From Paecilomyces variotii (taxonomy: Eukaryota), in assembly GCA_004022145.1 (NCBI GenBank), contig RCNU01000015.1: DNA of 64,000 nucleotides, one strand, 5' to 3'. Positions 37,811-47,779 of this stretch are shown in pieces. The notes below the pieces were generated by a model, which was given only the letters and a program-made list of their open reading frames with translations, was not told the DNA's origin and did no database searches. Both the position numbers and the translations under genes were made by a program. The first letter of the stretch is position 1; each line of letters opens with the position of its first letter.

Positions 37811-38851
37811 ATGACTATCAACGGCACTAATGGTACCACCAACGGTACCAACGGCACCAACGGCACCAAGAGCAAATATGACCCCAACTTCACACAGCAT
37901 GTCATTGATCTCATGAGCCCCGAAACGAAACCCAGACACAGAGAGATCCTCTCCTCCTTGATCAGACACTTGCACGACTTCTGCCGTGAGGTCGAGCTCA
38001 CTCAAGACGAGTGGATTATCGGCGTCAACTACGTCAACTCCATTGGCCAGGCCTGGAAGAAGAACAGAAACGAGGCATGGAGAGTGTGCGATATCCTTGG
38101 TGTCGAATCGTGAGTAGACTACCCCTATCAGTACCGTCGTTTTCCTGCAAGAGAACATGGCTAACAGCTCTTGTTTAGTCTCGTCGATGAGATCAACCAC
38201 AAGGTTGAGACCGCGGACGGTGTTAACCCTACCTCCTCTACCATCCTCGGACCTTTCTGGTCCCCCGATACCCCATTCCGCGAGCTTGGTTCCAGCGTCG
38301 TCCAGAACATGCCACCGGATGGAGAGCTCACTTTCTTCCACGGTGTCATCTCGGACGCTGAGACCGGCAAGCCCATCCCCGACGCCGTCTTCGACATGTG
38401 GCAGGCCAGCACCAACGGCAAGTACGACGTTTTCGACCCCGAGAACCAGACTCGTCACAACCTCCGCGGCAAGTTCCGCACCGACAAGGACGGCAAGTTC
38501 TCATTCTACTGCCTGAAGCCCACCGAGTACGCCATCGACACCTCCGGCCCCTCTGCTGAGCTGCTCAGACTCATGGGCCGCCACCCCTGGCGCCCTGCCC
38601 ACATCCACATGATGGTCACTCATCCAGACTACATCGGGGTGACCGCTCAGCTGTACCCCAGAGACGACCAGTATCTCGAAACCGACACTGTGTGTGCCGT
38701 CAAGGAGGATCTGCTCTTGGACTTCAAGCCCGTTCAGAACGAGCCTAATGGCGCCACTCTCGACTGCGAGTACGACGTCCGTTTGCTCTCGAAGAAGTAC
38801 AAGCCAGATTCTTCTATGTTGATGCAGAACGCCAACCAGTCGAGGTTTTGA
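37811..38851 (+). CDS. Intradiol ring-cleavage dioxygenase (catechol/hydroxyquinol 1,2-dioxygenase), 2 exons
   Basis: LIRHLHDFCREVELT, DILGVES|LVD, ILGPFW, WQASTNGKYD, PTEYAI and WRPAHIH; all four Fe ligands (Y, Y, H, H) present. Confidence 0.93.
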
Positions 38852-39008
38852 TTTAACTCCAATAACTGGGTTCACGTGATGTTTCAGGAACTGTTACGAC
38901 TATATTTCTTTTTTCTATTCATGTATATAGCATAGGATATCTGTGACATTAACTTCCACAACGCAATGAAGGAAATTCAATATTGACTTCCCCAGGGAAA
39001 CAAGTAAT

Positions 39009-39100
39009 TTGTCGAATATTAAAGGGCTCGAAACCAACGGTATGATTTGAACCTCCTAGGTACATAGCTAGGTTGCTTGCGTAGCTCTAGATCTACGGGG
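39009..39100 (+). pseudogene. Relic homologous to the 5' end of the small gene at 20589
   Basis: GGTATGATTTGAACC is identical at 20591 and 39039, with flanking similarity (TTGTC.AAT upstream; GCTTGC.TA.CTCTAG.TCTA downstream). The start codon reads ACG here. Confidence 0.5.
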
Positions 39101-40098
39101 TATCAGCAACGTTCGTGGAACGGGCTACATGTAACTGGCTCAGACTACCCCGTTGACCCACTGGAAGAAAGAAGAGTTCCAGAAACTATGGCCATCTGGA
39201 GAACCCTAATCAGACGTATATGAAGCCCATACTGTTTTATTATTCGCCCCTCTTCGGTGTCAGCGTACTTGTAAGAGCAGGGGCAATATACGCTCAAGAA
39301 TAATCTTCTTTGTGCTAGGACAAATAGATAATGCGATTCTTAATCTAATAGTCCTCTTCTTTCAACCTCACAAACATGCAAAATAATATAGACTTTCTGT
39401 ATAACCAAGTCCAACTTGGTACCTAGCAAACCCACTTTCCCTGTCTAGTTTGGAACAAAACATAACCCGCTCTAAACGAACCTTCAACGAACTCTAAGAC
39501 ACATCACATTAAAATACCGGGAAACAGAATCTAAATAGCTAATATGTCCTGCTATTACTGAGTACTTGTTTCTTTGCTATGATCGTGCAAGTGGAGACGG
39601 GAGAGGCCTCAACGTGACTCGCCGCTTGAGCGATCTCGGCACACATGATGGCAACATGTTGAATATCGCTTTAGGGTACGTTCCATGACTCTTTAGTTCT
39701 AAGGCTGCAAAGTAGTATACATGTCAGAGGTTCACAGGGATGACTTGCATGCTCTAGCTCCTCTCGTTGCAGGATACTACGAAAGCTTTATCTCGGCTCA
39801 AGTTTAAGGCCCCCAATGATCGACACACAAAAGGCCCCTCGGTCCAACCTTTACCACTACCTGAAAGCGCTTTCGTTGCATCAGTTCGTATTTTAGAGTT
39901 CACTAATTGGGGCTGCGATTTATCATGGCCCGTCTTATGGCGCTATTCAGTCTTATTTGAGGACGGGAAAAGGACAGCTGTGCAGATAAGTCCCTATTAG
40001 AAACAGCTGCATTTAAACCCAGCTGATGTTCTCAGTAATGTAAAAAGAGAATCTACTTTTCCAGGCAAGATTGTACTGTACAGTTCACTCGAATCGCC

Positions 40099-41739
40099 AT
40101 GGCCACCTCGAATGGGGGCCCTTGTTCTTCATCTCCACAGCCTGACTACGACGTCCTGATTGTCGGCGCCGGATTCGCAGGCATTTTCCTCCTTCATCAA
40201 CTGCGAAACCTCGGCTACCGTTGCAAGATATACGAAGCCGGAACTGACATTGGTGGTGTCTGGCACTGGAACACTTACCCAGGAGCTCGAGTTGACTCCG
40301 AATGCGCAATCTACCAGCTCTCCATACCCGAAGTGTGGAGGGACTGGAAATGGTCTCAGCTGTATCCCGATCGCCACGAGATACAGTCTTACTTCAGACA
40401 CATTGACCAAGTCCTGAACGTCAAAAAGGACGTCGAGTTCAGAACACGCGTCATCGGCGCCCAGTTCGACAAAGAGCATTCCCAGCAGTGGAAGGTCGAG
40501 ACAGATGATGGGCGTATCACGACTTGCCGGTTTCTGCTGCTTTGCGCAGGACTCGCCAGTAAACGCTACACTCCAGACTTCCCTGGTTTAGAGTCATTCC
40601 GCGGAGAAATCCACCACTCTTCCTTCTGGCCAAAGGAGGGAGTCGACGCGCACGGGAAACGAGTCGCTGTTATTGGGACGGGTTCATCTGGTGTTCAGAT
40701 CATCCAGGCATGGGGCAAGGAAGCCGCTTCCCTTACCGTGTTCCAGCGAACACCTAACTTGGCCCTGCCCATGGCCCAGAAAACATTTACAGAGGAAGAC
40801 CACGCTCATAATGAATCACTCTATCCACAGATCTTCCAGGATAGGGAAACGACGTTTAGCGGATACATGATGAACCCCATACCCAAAAAGACCTTCGATG
40901 TATCTCCTGAGGAACGAGAGGCGATTTTCGAGTCCCTCTGGCAGGAAGGTGGATTTGCCCCGATCCTGGCTGGATTCATGGATAACCTACTGGACTGGGA
41001 CGCCAACCGCGCCCTATACGACTTCTGGGCTCGAAAGACCCGCGCTAGGATCCAGGACGAACGATTGAAAGATATTCTTGCTCCGCTGAAACAAATGCAT
41101 GCATTCGGAGCGAAGCGATGTTCGCTTGAACTTGACTACTATGAACAGTTCAACAAGCCGAATGTGACGCTGGTCAACCTCCGAGAATGCAGCATTACAG
41201 CTATCGAGCCCGATGGGATTCGAACTAGCGATGGCTCCTTCCACCCCGTGGATGTAATCGCCTTGGCCACCGGATTCGATGGAATCACAGGAAGCATGAC
41301 CAACATTGAGGGCCTGCGCAATACAGATGGCGTCCCGCTAGCGAACGAATGGAAAGACGGCGCGAAGACACATCTAGGCATGACTATAAAAGGGTATCCT
41401 AATATGTTCTTCACCTTAGGCGCACATGCACCGTCAGGATTTAGTAATGGGCCAACATCAATAGAGATTCAGGGTCGTTGGATTGTGGATGCCATCCGGA
41501 AGATTGATTCGAGTGGGCTTTCGTATATAGAACCGACGGCCGAAGCAGAGGCGGCGTGGAAGGCACAAGTCAATATGATCACGGACATGACCTTGTTAGG
41601 ACAAGCTGATTCGTGGTATATGGGAGCCAATATTCCCGGAAAGAAACGAGAGATGTTGAATTATGCAGGTGGATTGCCCTTGTATGAGCAACAATGCCGG
41701 AAAGCCTTGGAGAGTTGGGAGGGGTTTATCACAGTGTAG
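40099..41739 (+). CDS. Type I Baeyer-Villiger monooxygenase (intronless)
   Basis: GAGFAG, GGVWHWNTYPGARVD, BVMO fingerprint FRGEIHHSSFWP, GTGSSG, FQRTPN, ATGFD and SWYMGANIPGK. Confidence 0.95.
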   Translation: MATSNGGPCSSSPQPDYDVLIVGAGFAGIFLLHQLRNLGYRCKIYEAGTDIGGVWHWNTYPGARVDSECAIYQLSIPEVWRDWKWSQLYPDRHEIQSYFRHIDQVLNVKKDVEFRTRVIGAQFDKEHSQQWKVETDDGRITTCRFLLLCAGLASKRYTPDFPGLESFRGEIHHSSFWPKEGVDAHGKRVAVIGTGSSGVQIIQAWGKEAASLTVFQRTPNLALPMAQKTFTEEDHAHNESLYPQIFQDRETTFSGYMMNPIPKKTFDVSPEEREAIFESLWQEGGFAPILAGFMDNLLDWDANRALYDFWARKTRARIQDERLKDILAPLKQMHAFGAKRCSLELDYYEQFNKPNVTLVNLRECSITAIEPDGIRTSDGSFHPVDVIALATGFDGITGSMTNIEGLRNTDGVPLANEWKDGAKTHLGMTIKGYPNMFFTLGAHAPSGFSNGPTSIEIQGRWIVDAIRKIDSSGLSYIEPTAEAEAAWKAQVNMITDMTLLGQADSWYMGANIPGKKREMLNYAGGLPLYEQQCRKALESWEGFITV

Positions 41740-41865
41740 TGAGCGACTGACTACCAGGATTACAAGCCAAGCTCAGCGATCTTGTTAGTTTCCCCATAGC
41801 TCGTCGAAATTGTACTCAGAGGCGAGAGTTCACAGTATGGAGTAGAAGTAACGGAGAGATACTGT

Positions 41866-42770
41866 CTAGCAGACCTCCTTTACGATCAAAACAGCCACAT
41901 CATGACTCTCGAGCTGCACACTATACTCCTTCTTCACGCAACCCAGATCCTTTCCTGTCCATGCATCTATAACCTTGAACCCATCATCTCCCCTCTTGCC
42001 CTTTTTCTCTCCCTTCAGCTCCGGAATCTCACTCCACACCGCGGTCCGAGTTGCGTTAACATCTTCCGAGTTGAACATCAAGACAAGCGTCCCGCCTAGT
42101 TTAGACGACGGCCCAGACCAGTATTCCGCAGGATGGGCCGGATCGAAGGTCCAATCAGGATTATAACCCCATTTATAAGGATACGCCGGGCGACCGATGA
42201 CAGGATCCTGATGAAAATCCAGAAGCGCATGATTAGACAAAATAGACAGATGATCATCGCTGATAGAATCGAGCTACAGAATCATATCATATCAGTACCT
42301 ATCTTCTCCTCAGCCAAAAACTAGTCTGAAAACTCACTGCAGTTCCAATAATAAGAGGCGATTTCATTATAGCCCATAGAGCAAAATGGGCTCTATTCTC
42401 AGCCAAGGTAAGATTCCCATTTCCGACCTCGAGCATGTCGGGGTCTGGATGGGCCCAGAAATCAACATAGTTCATGTAAAAGCTGTTTTCGTTGGCGATG
42501 GTAGAAATCCGCACCCAGTTTGCTGTTAAGTATTCACTATTAACCATTTCATCACATTTTGTGAGTTCTGGGGGAAAACATACGCTGAATATCACCGGAC
42601 ATCCTCCACGAGTTTCCTGTCTGCAATCCCCACTCATTGACATCTGCATCGCCCCATTCACAAAGCGAGTACAAGATCGTTCGATTAACATGTCCGAGTG
42701 CATCGCGCATACGACGGTATCGTTGCGCAGTCTTGGACGTACTCCAGTCGTATCCTTTGGGAGCTGGGTT
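41866..42770 (-). pseudogene. aglB: 3' half of a GH27 alpha-galactosidase (AglB type); 5' half absent
   Basis: [72 protein letters not shown] and HPAEYWSG. Upstream sequence switches to unrelated DNA at about 42793. Confidence 0.82.
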
Positions 42771-42849
42771 CTGTAGAAACGGTCGTCAGATGACTACCTA
42801 GGTAAGCAGTATCTTCCTTTTATTCTTCCTGCACTTTCTGGCTTACGCC

Positions 42850-43590
42850 GATCGACCCTACATTGCCCCCGAAACCCCCAATGTCCATGTACTTCCATGC
42901 CTACACTCCCCCTGCCCGCAAGCCTGCAACTACACTGCGCGACATGGCCTGCCCCATCCGGATGAATTATTCTCTTGGATAGGTATGGAACACCAACAAT
43001 GCGGGGAGCTTTCAAGCTTCAGGAGCCCTTTCAAAGTGTGGATAACGGGTCCGGCCTTGACGAAACAGGTTCAACTACATCCAAAGTTCCTGCGATAGGC
43101 CTATGCTGCTAAAGTCACCCTGATAATGCCGATATTATTCGAAATGATGATACTGGCCTAGACCCTTCCTACTTTCAGCCCATTGGTTGAAGAATCGCAG
43201 TCTTCTCTGTCCGGAGACACTACGCTTGTGGCCGAGACCACCCCGTGTAGCACCTCCAAAAGCTCCCGATCAAGACATCGCAATCGAAAGATCGCACATG
43301 TGGAATACACTGTAGTTGCCACATCCGGCGGTCGTCGGACAAGGGCAAGGGCTAGAGCAGAAGCGCACTGTCCATTCTCTAGTTTTCGTCGGGGCCAGTT
43401 GTTTTCAGATGTCGAGGACGAGCTTCTCGGGGAATTGGTGGGAAGGGGACTTTCATGGGAACAGATTGAAAAAGAATTTGGTCAGAGTTTTACTGGGAGG
43501 GATTTGAAAATCACTACGTGGACGCTGGTCAAGAAACTTGAAATTTTTGGCGCGGCCTAAGTACAAGGCAAACTCACCCTTTGGCTGACG
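42850..43590 (+). pseudogene. Myb/SANT-like domain gene remnant
   Basis: FSDVEDELLGELVGRGLSWEQIEKEF...GRDLK continues as SLRGRWSRNLK only if one A is removed from AAAA at 43507-43510; upstream LPPKPP segment with stops. Confidence 0.6.
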
Positions 43591-43735
43591 AAGAGGGCAC
43601 CTCATAGGCCCAAGATTGATCACCATCAAAAACCATACCCAGAAGGTCCATGGAATCCCACTTCGCTCATGATGTGCCTTCACGTCCTCATGGGAACGAA
43701 ATGGCAGATCTTCCCACCTTTCTCAAACGCTAGAA

Positions 43736-45620
43736 ATGAAGGCCACCCAAGGCCGCTTCCTAAAAAGAATTCTGGGAGCCACGCTTTCCCGTCGCTGTAC
43801 CCTCCACGTTCCCTTTATGGCGGCTCCTTTTTCTTCCAGCAATCCCAAAACGAATGAGACTGAGCATATCGCAGATTCAAAGCATGACCTTGAGGCACTC
43901 AATCGTTTTACCTCCGGTCGTTGGCTCTGGAACGAGCAACAGCAACTTGACTGCCGCTATGTCAATTTCGACCTCTCAACACTTCTGCAACTAGCTGCCT
44001 CTGCGATCGGATCGAGATCATGCACCGAAGTGTTAAAGATCTCAGAAGGCCAATACAACAAGGTATTTCAGCTTACCATGGACGATGGACGCGAGATTAT
44101 TGCGAAACTTCCAAATCCCAATGCAGGCAGACCACACTTCACAACAGCTAGTGAGGTTGCAACTATGGACTTTGTATGGTTTGCTTTCTTTTCTACTGCG
44201 ATTTCTTTTTGCGCGTGGATACTAATTTTACTAGTTGAGGAATGTCCTGAATCTCCCTGTTCCGAGAGTATACGCATGGTGTTCTCGGGCATCAGAGAAC
44301 CCTCTCGGAGCAGAGTATATCCTTATGGAGAAGCAAGCTGGTATCATACTAACCGACGTATGGGACACTATGAAAGGAAAGCAGAAAGTCCAAATTCTGG
44401 ACCAGATTGTTGATATTGAAAGGCGCCTAGCAGCTACAAAATTATCTCAGTTCGGGTCGTTGTACTATAAAGGCGACCTTCCTAACAAATGGGATACTAC
44501 TTTGCCCCTATACGTTGATTCAACTGGGAACGAAGTGCGGAGCGAAAAGTTTGGCATTGGTCCGATTAATCACCGTTCTTTCTTTGACTTCGGGAAAGGT
44601 GAGTTGGATATTAGTCGTGGTCCATGTAAGTTCATCTCCGACTTATAATATTATTATCCCGTGCTTATCCATGTACAACCTTTAGGGTCAACAGTCACAG
44701 AATATATGACGGCTATTGCGCGGAGGGAAATTGCAGCTGCAAAGGCAGGTCTCCGGTACCCCTTAATGCCCGAAGGTCTTTTCTATGGACCCCGACAATA
44801 CCAGCCTAGCCTCTCCAAAAAGCTCTCGGCGTTGGAAAATTATCTTAAGGTGGCACCTCATGTTCTCCCGGAAAATAAAGCCACCCATGCCTCAGTTTTA
44901 TGGCATTGCGATCTTCATTCGCAGAATATATTTGTCGACCCTGAAGACCCAAGCCGTATTGTGGGAATTATTGACTGGCAGTCTGTCAGTGCCTGTCCGC
45001 TTTTTATGCAGGTTGGGCGCCCGGCGTTTCTCGATTACAATGGCCCGGTTCCTGAAGATTTGGGGAAGGTCCCTTTACCACCAAATTTTGGCTCCATGGA
45101 TCCAGATGAACAGCGGAAGGCAAAGGCACTCCATAGAGCACAGACGCTGCACAATCTCTATCTAGTTCGGTGTCTTCAGGTTAACGAAACGGTCTTTCAA
45201 GCAATACAGAGCCAGAACACTCTCCGGCATCAAGTTAGTGTGGTTCCAGGATTAGTCTTGATGGACTACGAGCCGCTCCTCAACGACTTGTTGAGAGATG
45301 TCGAGAAAGAATGGGCACATATTATTGGCGCGGGGGGGGATAGCAGCTCTCCTGGAATACCCTTTCCATTGCAGTTCTCGGATTATGAAATCCGGCAGCA
45401 GGAGCAGGATGGTGAGCTATGGGCCCAAGGTGTTGAACTCATGAATGCATTCGTTGACGACACTGGCTGTTTTAAACATTGGGATGGCAGGGTTAGCAGC
45501 GCAGATTATGAAAAATCTAGGAGAGAGCTAGATGAGGGGGTGAGGAGGTTCCTGGAACGTGAAGCCAGGAATGAAGAAGAACGTAGGGAGTGGCTCAAAG
45601 CATTACCATTTGTGGATTAA
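43736..45620 (+). CDS. Second Aim9-like / APH-fold phosphotransferase (3 exons)
   Basis: RFTSGRWLW, SEGQYNKVF, IAKLPNPNAG, TASEVATMDF|LRNVL, LWHCDLHSQNIFV and IIDWQ; canonical introns. Confidence 0.88.
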
Positions 45621-45739
45621 AGTGTGCGGCAAGGTGTTGGCGCCGGGCGCCGAGATCGCCAGATCGTGATGGGGAGACGGGTTGAAGAACGAAATTGAAT
45701 ATGGCGAGATCTAAATTCTTAAGATACACAAATCTAAGA

Positions 45740-46200
45740 TATCTTATTTGCTGCGTTGAAGCGACGTTAAACCAGGGTAACCTTATTTCTTGCCCTTTAT
45801 TAGTATTTAGATTAATGTTTCCAATCTGATAATATTCTACCTGTTTTTAGTTTACAGGTGCAGGAGGTTGAACCTCGGGGTTCACTATTAAAAAAGAATG
45901 CCATAACCGTAAATTGTTTGATAATTGATATTTATCAATATTATTGTCACAACCTAGTTGTATTTGTTTAACAGATTTAGAGAATTATACAATGGGTTCT
46001 ACAGATTTTTTGTTTTAATCGAAATAAAGAGAAATTATTAGATGCAAGGTAATTTCATCATTTTCAATCTTGTAACAATTATTGTTATTAGTTAATTTAA
46101 ATGCAGTTTACTTGAGGCAATCATCAAAATCTTATAACTCTCCAGATATGCGGTCGGGGAATGACATATTTGTGGGTTTTGCAATGTAAGGAGAGGTTAT
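45740..46200 (-). pseudogene. AT-rich RIP-like coding fragment
   Basis: About 150 codons in one minus frame, interrupted only by five TAA codons (EL*DFDDCLK*TAFKL...IGNINLNTNKGQEIRLPWFNV); Asn/Ile/Lys-rich as expected after G>A and C>T transitions. Confidence 0.6.
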
Positions 46201-46607
46201 TGTAACCAGTCCATGATATTCTAACTGTTTAACCAAGTCCGCCACCAATACTCCAAGACGTGCAGTACATGCAGCATTATCCACGTGGATGTATGCAATA
46301 TCGCGTAAGTCGATGGTTATTGCACCATGTACATACTTGCGATCGGCCAAATAGGTCATGTCCACCAACGCGAATGGAGAAAGGGAGTTCATTAGATGCC
46401 AGAAGAGATATTAAGGCAGCGACATCTTCAGCGAAGCGAGGACGAATAATGATCGCTGGGATGACAGTTTCGTTGAAAACCATAGCTGAGGCGTAAGCTA
46501 TCGAACTCCGAGGAAGCAGGAGTGGCATATCTGATATGTGGGTTTTGTGCTAAAAACTGTTGTGCAGCAGATTTTACTTGGGGTAACAGTCTTGCACTTT
46601 GAATCAT
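46200..46607 (-). pseudogene. 5' fragment of an FAD-linked oxidase (BBE/6-HDNO-like)
   Basis: PAIIIRPR.AEDVAALI, FSIRVGGHD (covalent-FAD His motif) and AITIDLR in three different frames; truncated after HGLVT. Confidence 0.78.
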
Positions 46608-47779
46608 GAACTGAAATTGCAACATGATGGATCTCTTAGGAGCCTACCTACTCATTATATTAGCACCAACTCACATAGCCGCGTCAGATCGATTAAAACC
46701 GAGTCAACATCAGTGACACGTGTGAATTCTAGACCTGCTATTGCCTATAAAATGAAGAATCCCATCAAACGGACCAAGTGAAACAAGTAAGACCTAACTC
46801 ACATTACGCAGTGGGTGGCCTGAACACGCCACGTTTCCCCATAGTGAGCTAATTTGCAAAGAGTAGGTGATACACAGCGAATATCTTCCATCTGGCAAGT
46901 GTGCGAATGTCAATTACGAAAGTTCACATATCCTTAGTGCGGCGGATTCAGGCCCTGAAATGTACTGTAATTACAGCTTCCTTTTCCTCTCGGGAAATGC
47001 ATTCTGTACTACTTATCAGACCGGTTCGGTTCCCAAATTGAAAGTCGCATCGGCATCCGGACGGAATATCTCCATCAACGAAATACCACCGAGATAGGAT
47101 GGCGGGGTAAGTGTTCAACAAGAGACAGAGGCGTATAAGCTCTAGTGGCGGGCGGGATGGGAACTTAATTTGCGGGGAATGTGGGGTGTTAATGGGAATT
47201 ATGGTAAAGCGTAAGATAGAACAGGGGATTCGCAGGGGAGGGACTTGTACAGTATGCAAATGGTAAGCAACAGGGGAACAGAGACAGGGATGCTTGCGGA
47301 CTCGGATGTGTGCCATAGTAGTATCTTCTCAGGTTGTCAAGCATGTATGTACAGTAGCTAGGTTGGAGACAAGACTATTAGATCTACCAAGCGCACGACA
47401 AGCCAAGAGAAAACTGCATTTACAAAAGTCAATATATTATTGATATTGAATCTTCTCTCTTCACAGGACTTATTCATGACGGACGCTTTACTAAACGAAC
47501 TAAATAGCAGAGGTATGCCTTTCATCTGAGGTACATGATAGTTCATGATACCTGTCTATCGTGAAGTCATTAGTCGTACATTTTGTACCCGACGCCGTGT
47601 GTTGGGCGAGGTGAAAGTGAAAAGGAGACAGAATGCTGTGCCAGGACGATGCAACACGGGTAGAATTAAACTGTACGTTGCAGGAAGGGATGCCTCTCTT
47701 GGGCCATGTGGATTCAGAGAGCCGCTGGAATTGTCTTAAAAGGGAAAAAACGAAAAACAACAAAAAGACAGCGACACGA

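Noticed and set aside
37772-38875. Long antisense ORFs over the dioxygenase
   Set aside because: Expected by-product of strong codon bias on the sense strand.
45720-46130. Possible mitochondrial insertion (NUMT) suggested by AT richness
   Set aside because: No mitochondrial gene recognised; a frame broken only by TAA stops fits RIP better.
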